Origin: Mobula hypostoma
Lineage: Eukaryota
Length of the DNA stretch: 64,000 nucleotides
Direction of reading: 5' to 3'
Assembly (NCBI RefSeq): GCF_963921235.1
Contig: NC_086097.1
Span: forward strand, 22,384,001-22,448,000
Within the stretch, counting starts at the first letter, position 1, and every line of letters begins with the position of its first letter. Made by a program: the position numbers and the translations under genes. Below, in pieces: positions 49,380 to 60,159 of the stretch. The notes under the pieces are model-generated. The model was not told the origin of the DNA. It worked only from the letters and a program-made list of their open reading frames with translations, and ran no database searches.

Positions 49380-49914
49380 CCAGCAGATAGGATTAGTCTG
49401 GCATTATGATTGGTGTAGACATTATGGGCTGAAGGGCCTGTTTCAGTGCTCTTCTATCAGGCAGGTCCTAAGGCTGGGAAATGTACTATACAAAGGCATT
49501 AACTTCCTCTTAAAATAAAACCATGGCTCTTATTCGTTTCAATCCCATCATTGTATCAATCTGCTTTAGATCTTCTTTTCTATATGCTGCTTGCTCTCAC
49601 TCTCTGCCACTCATACAAAGTTGAGGTACCACAGTTAAGGAGGTGACCACAAAGGCAAAGAGAGGAGAGATAAAGTCCATGGCCGTACACTTCCCTACAC
49701 TATATTCCATCTTCCACTTCTTTGCCCAGTTTCCTAATTGGTCTAAATCCTTCTGCAGACTCCCTGCTTCCTCAACACTACCTGCCCTTCAACCTATCAT
49801 TGAATTGTCCACGAACGTGGCCAAAATCCACCAATTCCATCGTCTACAAACAAGAGAAAATCTATAGATGCTGGAAATCCAAGCAATACACACAAAATGC
49901 TGGGGGAACTCCAG

Positions 49915-51730
49915 CATGAGAGAGGAGCTGGCCAAAGTTGATTAGAAGGGGTTACCAGCAGGGATGACAGCAGAACATCAAAGGCAGGAGTTTCTGGGAA
50001 CAATTCGGAAGGCTCAAGGTAGATACATTTCAAAGATGAAGAAGTATTCTAAAGGGAAGATGAGGCTATCATGGCTGACAAGGGAAGTCAAAGACGGCAT
50101 AAAAGCAAAAGAGAGGATTATATAATAGAGCTAAAATTAGTTTGAAGTTAAAGGAATTGGAAGCTTTTAAAAAACAGCAGAAGGCAACTTAAAAAAAAAA
50201 GCCATAAAGAGAGAAGAGATGAAATATGAAGGTAAGCAAGCCAATAGTATAAAAGAGGATACCAAAAGCATTTTTTTCAGCTATATAATGACAAAAAGAG
50301 AGACGAGTAGATAACAGACGGTTGGAAAATTACACTAGAGAGGTAGCAATGCAGAATAAAGAAATGGCAAATGAACATAGTAAGAATTTTGTATCAGTCT
50401 TCACTGTGGAAGCAATATGCCAGAAATCTGAGCTTGTTAGGGGGCAGGAGTGAGTACACTGTATTTACTGTTAATAAGTTGGGAAGCTGAAAAGTTTTTT
50501 AGGTAGATAACTTACTTGGGCCAGAGGAACTACATCCCAGGGTACTGAAAGAGGTAGCAGAAGAGATTGTGGAGGCATTGGTTCAAGAATCTTTCAAGAA
50601 TCACTAGATTTTAGAATGGTTCTGGAGGTCTGGAAAATTGCAAATTTTACAACATTCTTTACAAGGGGAGGGAGGAAGAAGAAAGGAAGTTATAGGCCAG
50701 TTAGCCTGACTTCAGTGGTTGACAAGATACTGGAGCCCATTACTAAGGATAAGGTTTCAGGGTGCTTGGAGGAACATGATAAAAATAGGCCAAAGTCAGT
50801 AAAGGTGCCTTGAGCGGAAATCTTGCCTGACAAATCTGTTGATATTCTTTATGGAAATAGCGGGCAGGATAGACAAAAGAAAATCTGTAAATGCTGTTTA
50901 TCTGGATTTTCAGAAGGCCAGTGACAAGTTACCACACGTGAGGCTGCCTTACAAGATAGACTCTGCAGATCGGGCAGCATCCATGGAAACGATCAGTCGA
51001 CGTTTCCACGGATGCTGCCCAACCTGCTGAGTTCCCCCAGCGTGTTGTGAGTGTTGCTTTGACCCCAGCATCTGCAGATTATTTTGTGTTTATGCCTTAC
51101 AAGATAAGAGCCCATGGTTTTACAGGAAATATACTAGCATGAGTTACTAGCAGATGACTGGCAGGACGCAAAGAATGAGAATAAGGGGAGCCTTTTCCGG
51201 TTAGCTATGGTGACTAGTGGTTTTCCTCAAAGGTCAGTATTGGGAGTGCTTCTTTTCACAGAATATGTCAATGATTTCGGTAATGGAATTGATGGCTTTG
51301 CCTACAGACGATACAAAGATAGGTGGAGGGGTACGAAGTGTTGAGGAAGCAAGGAGTCTACAGAAGGATTTAGACAGGTTGAAAGAATGGACAAAGAAGT
51401 GGCAGATACAATACAGTGTGGGAAGTACATGGTCATGCACTTTGGTAGAAGGAATAAAGCCATGGACTATTTCCTACAGTGAGAAAATTTGAAAATCAGA
51501 GGTGCAAAGGGACTTGGGAGTCCTCGTGTAAGTTTGCCTAATGGTTAATTTGCAGGCTGAGTTGGTAATAAGGAATGCAAATGCAATATTAGTATTGATT
51601 TCAAGAGGACTAGAATATAAAAGCAAGGATGTAATGGTGAGGTCTTATAAGGCATTGGTCAGACTGCGCTAGAACTATAATGAATAGTTTTGGGCCCCTT
51701 TTCTAAGAAAAGATTTGCTGGCATTCTAGA
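49915..51730 (+). mobile_element. Decayed CR1 ORF2
   Basis: YRPVSLTSVV, YLDFQKASDKLPH, DDTKIGG, LQKDLDRL. Confidence 0.85.
50959..51092. mobile_element. Short inverted Penelope terminal remnant with 14-bp TSD
   Basis: TGCCTTACAAGATA at 50945-50958 and 51093-51106. The sequence matches the PLE terminus at about 19075-19165. Confidence 0.8.
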
Positions 51731-51759
51731 GGTTTGTTTGTGTAGATGAAAAGATAATA

Positions 51760-51970
51760 AGAAATAGAAGCAGAATCAGGCCATTCAGCCCATCAAGTCT
51801 ACTCCACTATTCCATCATGACTGACTTATTATCCCTTTTAACTGCATTCTCCTGTCTTCTCTCCATAATCTTAGACTCCCTTACTAATTAAGAACCGATC
51901 AACCTCTGCTTTAAATATACCCAGTGACTTGGCCTCCGCAGCCATCTGTGCCAGTGAGTTGCCCAGATTT
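51760..51970 (-). mobile_element. CR1 LINE 3' end
   Basis: GGCCATTCAGCCCATCAAGTC and TTAAATATACCCAGTGACTTGGCCTCC are the reverse of the CR1 3' UTR. Confidence 0.7.
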
Positions 51971-52799
51971 AGCCTGATAGAGGGTGGAGAGAATTAGAAG
52001 AATGTTTCCAGCATATGAACTGTAGCCAGGCCAGCAGGATGCTGTTGCTGAGTGAAAGCAGTGTTTCTAAATGCACTTGGCAGAGGAGCTGGTGCATCAG
52101 CTGATTTCCTGGTTCTGATGCTGTTGCATCGCTGTAGTAAATGGGACAGGCGGCAACATTACCAACTGCAGATCAATTAACCTGGCGGTCCCCGCATTGG
52201 CTAGTACCGCGGCACTCTCTGATGCAGAAATCAGGCCGAGGTCAGAGCCCAAGCACTGAGACCATTGGCTGAAGATCATGCTGTTCGCTATGTTCTGGCA
52301 GTGTTTTATTGTTCTATTGCTCCATGTAATCTCACTTTAAATTACGTGAACAGCTTCCAAGTATTAGGAATATGTTTTCTTGAGTGTGGAAAATTAAATG
52401 TTGAGGTTTTTAATGCATACAGAGCAGGAAACAGACAGCAGGTCCATCAGCCCTCCTCTGCGTATCAGGGGCTGAACTGTTACCAAACCCTTACTGGAAG
52501 CATCCCACTAGTTCCTGCACCTCTCCATTACGAGCATCAGCACATCTTTACCTGAACTTACAGCTACCTACACCTGCAATCAACTGGAAGCAAACAAAAC
52601 CATAGAACACAGCACAGTACAGGCCCTTCAGCCCATCATGTTGTGCTGACCCTTTATCCCACTTGAAGATCAATCTGATCTTTTCCTCCTATGTGGCCTT
52701 CCATTTTTCTATCATCGTTGTGTGTCAAATGGTTGTTGTGTCACATTACGCTACAGTGGTAGCGTAATGGGTAGCACTCGTCACTCTCACTCACAGCTT

Positions 52800-53300
52800 C
52801 CACTGCTGACTAGCAGTCTCATAAAGAGGAGAGCTGAATGTGGAACTCTCCCTGCCAGTACATAGCCTCTCCAACGGCAAGTCTGTGGTGCCTCCTTGCT
52901 AGCGACGCACGGAAACTGAACACCTTTCAGACTCGAGCTGAACTACAAAGAATGGGGAGGAGGTCTGGCCCCCACACACGTATCACGCAGGCCTACTGGC
53001 GCGTGGACAGGCCCTGCTGCTCCTGAACCAGATTCCCAGGTATGGGTAAATAGCCCTGCTGCCTTGCGGGCAGCCTCGTGAAAGACAAAGCCTACGGGAG
53101 TAAACCCAGACAGCAAATCCGGAGCGGAGCCCCTAAGGCAGCTGGACATCATTGAACATCCTCCCAGCAGCTCCTGCAGCCAAGTTGGTGCCAAGCAATA
53201 TTGCTTCACTTTCCTTTGAAGAGAGGGATCTTGACGTCTGGGCATCCCAGGATCTCCATACCTTCCACCCAGGCTTGACTCCATTGTCCTTCAAGACAGA
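52800..53300 (+). mobile_element. Probable RTE-related 5' UTR or non-autonomous fragment
   Basis: GC-rich segment with GGGTAAATAGCCC...GGGCAGCC...GTAAACCCAGAC, similar to RTE-type 5' regions from memory. No ORF support. Confidence 0.3.
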
Positions 53301-55498
53301 TGGATGCCATCATTATCGTCATTTTCTACCATCCATGTGTCCATCTAGGAGTTTCTAAAATGCCCCTAATGTATCTGCCTCCACCACCGCTTTTGTCAGC
53401 ACGTTCCACGTACCTATCACTCACCTCTGATGTGTCCCCTATACTTTCCTTTAATCACCTTAATGTGATGCCCCCTTGTATTAGACACTTATGCCCTGGG
53501 AAGAAGATCTCTGCCTCTCAGTCTTGTATCATCATGTACACCTCTGACAAACAAAAGCAAAAATAAAAACTCAAAAATGGGTGAGGGAAATATTTTGTGT
53601 GATCCTTCTCTTCTGCTGCCACCTCCCCACCGCCCAGCAAGTAAAACCAGTTCCGATAGTCACGTTGACCTTTTAGGTATCATATCTTCAAATTATTAGG
53701 GTAGCGACAAAGACATATTAGTTCCTCTGGTGCTGGAATCAGGAACAAGGGGAAATTCTTTAAAATCTGAGCCAACCTGTACAAGGTGTTGTCAGGAAAC
53801 ACTCCATCAGAGAAAGGAAAGAGCAAATTTGGAATTCCCTTTACCAAAGACCTGACTGAAAAATCAAATACAATAGCGTGAGCAGTATGATCTTAGAGCT
53901 GGTTAAAAGGTCGGCACAATGTTGTGGGCCTGTACTGTGTTGTGATGTTCTACGTTCTATGACCAGAGTGGATCTGAAGACAACGGGATGAATCTACAAC
54001 TAGGAGTTATTTTCAATAATGTGAAGTTAACTATATAAGACATAGATTGAGGAATTTTTTTTCACCCAAAGGGTCATTAGTTTTTGGAACTTTCTTCCTC
54101 TAAGGGTGAAGAAAACAGATTTGTTAAATATTTTATTGCAGAGGTAGATTATTTCTTAACAACCAAAGGGTTAAAGGTTACTGGGGATAGGCAAGAATGC
54201 AGAGGGGATTTCTTATTCAGCTAAACCATGATCGTATTGAATAGCAGAAAGGGTACAGGGGTCCAAGAGAAAGATTTGTGCTTCTAATTCTTATTGTTTT
54301 ACATGGATATGTTGAGGCTGTGTAGTATGGGTTGGGGTGAGTCAGCTAAAAATGTCACCATTATGATTGATAACTTTTGATTCTACCAGGGTATTAAGGA
54401 ACATCAAACCAAGACTGGTACATGAATTTGAAATCCATTACAATCAGCTGATATACATGAAATGAACCGTAGAGTGATTTGGGAGGTTGAATGCCTTTGT
54501 TGTTTCTCAGTCAGGAGGGTGAAGCTGTAGTTGATAGAAGCTACCATGTCATTGCTGAATTCATTTTTGAGGAGTGTAGGTTTATTTTCAAATTTGATTG
54601 GTTTAAAATTAGCCAGTCAGGAGATGAGAAACTGAGTCTTCATTAAACCAATACCACCACTTTCTTAGAAAACTTGGGAGGGATATGAATGTTAAAATAA
54701 AAACTGAATTGATTTATTGAGACACTCTGACATGGGATGCCAAGGGAGCCTATTTTTAATATAAACATCAGATCAGCAGTTTTGGTTTTTTCTTATTCAA
54801 TCTTGCAACCTATTGCAATCTTTCTGAAGAAATGATGTATTTTTAAGCCCATGATGACTTCAATAACATTAGAAAGTGCAGGGAAATTGAATGCTTTCAT
54901 ACTCTGGATGTCTTTTGTTAGAACCAAGCTCTTTAAGATTATGTGCAGCACATGCTGCATCTGAAAAATAAATCTGTTTTTTTCAGTAATTGTTGAGATA
55001 TCTGGCACAAGAACGAAAAGCCTCAAAGTGCAAGATGTCATCAAGGTTGTTAAAAAGCAGGGAAGAAAAATATGGAGACCCAAAGTAGTTATTAGGGCAA
55101 AGTTTTTGTTACACAGATAGTGAGAACTGAAACTTACTGCTGGAGGAGGTGGTGAAGTCAGATAAAATCACTATATTTAAGGAACATTCACACAGGCACT
55201 TAAGTAGGCAAGGAGTAGAAGGATATGGGCCTAATCTGTAGAAATGAGGCTGGCATAGACGGGCAAAAGATCAGCAAGGAGATGTTGAGTTATTTATCCT
55301 GTTTTAGTTCTCCGTGACTCTGAATCTGTGATGAAGCTGAGTTAAGATTGGGCTTAGCAATTCACTCTTTTGTTGGAGACCAAATGAAGAGAAAAGCACT
55401 CAAACAACAGGAATTCTGCAGATGCTGGAAATTCAAGCAACACACATCAAAGTTGCTGGTGAACGCAGCAGGCCAGGCAGCATCTATAGGAAGAGGCG

Positions 55499-55536
55499 CA
55501 GTCGACGTTTCAGGCCGAGACCCTTCGTCAGGACTA
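55499..55536 (-). ncRNA. Minimal type I hammerhead ribozyme motif
   Basis: UAGUC-CUGACGA-AGGGUCUCGGCCU-GAAAC-GUC-GACUG. Confidence 0.7.
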
Positions 55537-55982
55537 ACTGAAGGAAGAGTGAGTAAGGGATTTGAAAGCTGGAGGGGGAGGGGGAGATGCAAAATGATAG
55601 GAGAAGACAGGAGGGGGAGGGATGGAGCCGAGAGCTGGACAGGTGATAGGCAGAAGGGGATACGAGAGGATCATGGGACAGGAGGTCCGGGAAGAAAGAC
55701 GGGGGGGGGGGGACCCAGACGATGGGCAAGAGGTATATTCAGAGGGACAGAGGGAGAAAAAGGAGAGTGAGAGAAAGAATGTGTGCATAAAAAAGAGTAA
55801 CAGATGGGGTACGAGGGGGAGGTGGGGCCTAGCGGAAATTAGAGAAGATCCTCTCGTATCCCCTTCTGCCTATCACCTGTCCAGCTCTCGGCTCCATCCC
55901 TCCCCCTCCTGTCTTCTCCTATCATTTTGCATCTCCCCCTCCCCCTCCAGCTTTCAAATCCCTTACTCACTCTTCCTTCAGT

Positions 55983-56020
55983 TAGTCCTGACGAAGGGTC
56001 TCGGCCTGAAACGTCGACTG
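55983..56020 (+). ncRNA. Minimal type I hammerhead ribozyme motif, inverted twin of 55499-55536
   Basis: TAGTC-CTGACGA-AGGGTCTCGGCCT-GAAAC-GTC-GACTG. Confidence 0.7.
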
Positions 56021-58577
56021 CGCCTCTTCCTAGAAAAGCACTCAGATAGTTTGATAGCTTGAGAAAGATTGAGTTGGGTGTAATGCCATGAAATGAAGGA
56101 AAAAGCGTACATTTGTCTTTGCAACTAGTAAGCTATAGTTTGACAAGCTATACCTAGAGCTCTTCATTGTGGGTGTAAGCTCAAAACTGGATCTAAGTGG
56201 CACCACAATACTGATAGTAGATATTAGAAGCAACAATTATTGTAATATACTCTTTTGTTTCTGCGAGCAGGTGTTTGGGGGATTTGTTATTGTCTTTATT
56301 CTTTATGTGAGGGAGGGAGTTGGGGTTTTGGTTTTTTTAGGTTCCAGCTGCCGTTTTCCATGTGGGCAATCAATTGTTTTTTTTGTGACGGAGGGGATGG
56401 GGATTTCAGGGTTTGCGAGCTTTGTTTCTTTTTCTTTTTAGATCCATGGAGGAGGCATTGATGTCTTTTAACACTGCCCATGGTTTTTTGGCATTTCATA
56501 GCTATCTGGAGAAGACAAATATCAGAGTTGTATTCTACATGCATACTTTGACAATAAAATGATCCTTTGAACCTTTGAATACAGATGAATACATCCAAAA
56601 GTAAATTTCACCACCGTTTCAACGAAATACCATTTTCAATTTTCAGAACAGTTAGATTTCAATGAAAATCTGTAGTTATTTCTATGAGTGCTGTGGTGGC
56701 TGTAGTTGGGGGCTTTCATTAAGAAGGGAGAGCAAGAGGTAAATACTATTCTCAGCCATTGCCCCTCTTCTCAGGTCATGACATGAGGCTAAACCAAACT
56801 GTTTGTAATCTTGGCATCTTGTCTAATGTTGAGAAAGATTACACCTTTGGATGAATGACTGCAGTTTCAGCAAGGCTCAAGAGGATCAATGATACTGAGG
56901 ACGTAGTAGCCCACTAGATAGGCATCTCACTCACTTCACTGCCAAAGAAAGCTGTGGATGCAGGTTTGACTTCAACACTTAATAGAAGTATATGGTTGGG
57001 AGCAATATGGAGGTCTATGGTCCAAGTCCAGGTGCAGGTCAGTAGGAAAAGGCAGAATAACATTTCTGCACAGACTAGATGGGCCAAAGGGTTTGTTTCT
57101 GTGCTGCAGAGCTGTAATCTATGACTCTACCTAAACACAGAGGCGTCCACACCATTCACTGCAGTCACTCTTCAAGACTCCTTAAACAGCTCCTTCTCAA
57201 CCCGTGACATCTAGCAGCTCGAAGGACAAGGGCAGCAAATGCATGGGGAGACCACAGTCTGAAAGTTTCCTCCAAGCCTCATACCATTGGAAATACATCA
57301 CCACTCCATCACCGCTGTTGAGTTAAAATCCTAGAACTCTCTCCCAAACACCACTGTGGGAATACCAAAATCTCAAGAAGGAAGCTCACCAAAGGGCAAC
57401 TAAGGATCACCAATTAAAGGCTGATTTAGCCTATGTAGTCCACATCTCTTGAATGAATAGATGAAACCCTCTACCAAGACTTCCACTTCTGAGCATTCCC
57501 AACTCTACCCTTGGCTCAGCTTTCCTCTATCCGTAGCATTGTTATCAACCTACTTAACTGTTTAAAAGCTCTCCTTCCAGCCACTTGTTGGCATTCATTT
57601 ATTATTATTGTCACATGTACCAAGACAGAGTGGAAAGCTTGTCTTGCATGCTGTTTATACAAATCAAATCATTACACAATGCATTGAAGTAGAACGAGGT
57701 AAAACAATCACAATGCAGAATAAAGTGTAAATGCTACCGAAAAGTGCAGTGCAGGCAAATGATAAAGTGCAAGATCATAACAACGCAGATTGTGAGGATA
57801 GGAGTAAGTTCAGATCTTCCAAAACTCTGTTGCTCCTTTCTGAATTTGCACCATCTTTTTTTTCAAGTATTACTCATGTTTTTGGGATTTGCATTTTGTT
57901 CATATCCAGCAACGCCTTAATTTTACAATCATTAGTGAAAAGTCATAAAAAAAAACTGTAGAAGATAAAAACCTGATATAAAGCAGAAAATGTAGAAATA
58001 CTCAAAAAGTCAGTTTGCATCTGTGGAGAGAGAGAGTAAAAACAGTGGTACACGGAGAAACAGAGTTGAGAATGTTCCATCAAATTGTCGTCCGTCAGAA
58101 ATATTAACTGCTCTCTCATGCTCTCTGTCTCTCTCTCTCTCTCTTTCATTCACTCACTCACACTCACTCCCTCACTCACACACAGATGCTACTTGACCTG
58201 CCGATTATTTCAAACAACTTCGATTTTTATTTGGAATTATTCAAATGCTCTGGATTCACCTCTTCTTTCTATAGCCTAATAACCCTTTGAGAACTGTGCA
58301 GTGTAATTCTGGTTTACTGCACATTCAGGATTTGTAGTAGCCCCAGTATTGTTCACCATGTTTTTAAATGCCCCATTTTCTCAACTTCCATGTCTAAAAT
58401 CTGACCTTGTCTTCATCTATTGAATATTCCTCAAAATTTAACCTATTCACAAAAAAAAAAGAATGATCTCCTTGGTGGGTCAACATCAAATGTTGTTAGA
58501 GACATCTTATTATGTAAAGAGAATTAAATTTAATTTGAGGCAGCCCAGTGGCATAACAAGTAGATTTGTTAAAACAA

Positions 58578-58712
58578 GACCTGAAGAAGGGTCTCAGTCT
58601 GAAATGTCGACTGCTTATTCATCTCCACAGATGCTGCCTGGCCTGCTGAGTTCCTCCAGCATTTTGTGTGTGTTGCTTTGGATTTCCAGCATCCACAGAC
58701 CTTCTCATGTTT
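58578..58712 (+). mobile_element. Penelope terminal remnant
   Basis: CTGAAGAAGGGTCTCAGTCTGAAATGTCGACTG, then GATGCTGCCTGGCCTGCTGAGTTCCTCCAGC. Confidence 0.65.
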
Positions 58713-58927
58713 AGGAAGAGTTATTTACTAACAGGTCCCGGGACACAGTTCAATCATCAGCTCTGATGTAAGGTCTGCATGTTCTCCCAGTGATGCTGTG
58801 TGGTTTCCTCCAGGTAACTGCGGTTTCCTCCCACATTCCAAAAAATGTGTGGATTAGTAAATGCTTCCATGTGTGTGGCAGGATCCGCAGTGGGGAAATA
58901 AATATATAATTAATGCAGGATTAAAGT

Positions 58928-59380
58928 AAGTGAAGGCTGGCACAGAGTTGTTTCGCCAGGAAGCCCATGTTCACACCGTATGGATCCTCCACTCCATTGA
59001 TGTGAAACTAAAGCAGGAAAATGGAAGGTTGCAATTCTGCAGCAAAAAGGAAAACTTCAGAAACCAGAAAGCTGAAAGGCATCCGTTAGTCTTGCGGGAC
59101 CTGCGCCTGGAAAGTCTTCACTCTCCAGGGCGCAGGCCTGGGCAAGGTTGTATGGAAGATCAGCAGTTGCCCATGCTGCAAGTCTCCCCTCTTCACGACA
59201 CCAATGTTGTCCAAGGGAAGGGCATTAGGACCCATACAGCTTGGCACCAGTGTCGGCGCAGAGCAATGTGTGATTAAGTGCCTTGCTCAAGGACACGACA
59301 CATTGCCTCTGCTGGGGCTCGAACTCACGACCTTCAGGTCGCTAGTCCAATGCCTTAACCAGCTGGCCACGTGCCCACCT
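58928..59380 (-). mobile_element. tRNA-derived SINE
   Basis: A-box TGGCCAGCTGG at 59369-59359 and B-box GAGTTCGAGCCC at 59326-59315, then GTGTCCTTGAGCAAGGCACTTAA. The head is related to 28649-28848. Confidence 0.7.
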
Positions 59381-59619
59381 GAAATAAATACAGAAATGCC
59401 AAAACACTCATTGGCCCAGGCAGCATCTGTGAAGAGATGAACCAATTTACCAGTTCCAGTCGGAAACTCAAATTAGTTGTCGAAAATAATTGAGAGTACA
59501 CTTGAATTTCTTATCTCATTTCCCATCTGGTTAGTCTATGAATAGACTTTGGGATTTTTTTTATATTGTCGGGAGCGGTGGATTGACGGGACCGGTTGCT
59601 GAATATCCTTAGATCGGCA

Positions 59620-60155
59620 GGTTTGGCCCCTTTATTTGAGAAAAGATGTGCTGGCATTGGCGAGGGTCCATAGGAAGTTCGAGAAAATGATCCCTGGAAT
59701 AAAAGGGTTAACTATGAAGAGCGTTTGATGGCTCTGTGCCTGTACACGCTGGAGTTTAGGAGAATGAGAGGGGAACCTCGTTGTAACCTGTCGAATATTG
59801 AAAGATCTAGACAGAGTGGACGTGGAGAGGTCGTCTCCTCTGGTGGGGTAGATTAGAATCAGAGGGCACAGCCTCAGAATAGAAGGACGGCCCTTTGGAA
59901 CAGATGAGGAAGAATTTCTTTAGCCAGAGGGTGGTGAATCTGTGGAATTCATTGCCTGGGACGGCTGTGCTGGACAAGTCATTGAGTATACTTAAAGCGG
60001 AGGTCGATCGGTCTTTGATTAGTAAGGGCATCAAAAGTTACGGGAAGAAAGCAGGAGAATGAAGTTGACAGGGACAATAAATCAGTCATGGGGGAACGGC
60101 GGGGCAAAATCGATGAATGGCCTGATTCTGCTCCTTTCTGATGATCTCATGGTCT
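59620..60155 (+). mobile_element. CR1 LINE 3' end
   Basis: RKDVLAL, LEFRRMRG, TTCTTTAGCCAGAGGGTGGTGAATCTGTGG and 3' UTR. Confidence 0.8.
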
Positions 60156-60159
60156 ATCT

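Larger units (their letters stand above)
55403..56031. mobile_element. Young Penelope 3'-end insertion with inverted partial pseudo-LTR, 13-bp TSD
   Basis: AGAAAAGCACTCA at 55390-55402 and 56032-56044. The minus copy starts at FSNFR* (about 55845). 55487-55672 is the exact reverse complement of 55847-56032. Confidence 0.9.

Noticed and set aside
54793..55083. 96-aa minus-strand ORF with an acceptor-like TTATTTTTCAG
   Set aside because: No recognisable protein similarity and no convincing donor or partner exons.
59310..59380. tRNA gene (also 28649-28710 and 22000-22075)
   Set aside because: A/B boxes are present, but I see no complete cloverleaf and the sequence runs straight into SINE bodies.
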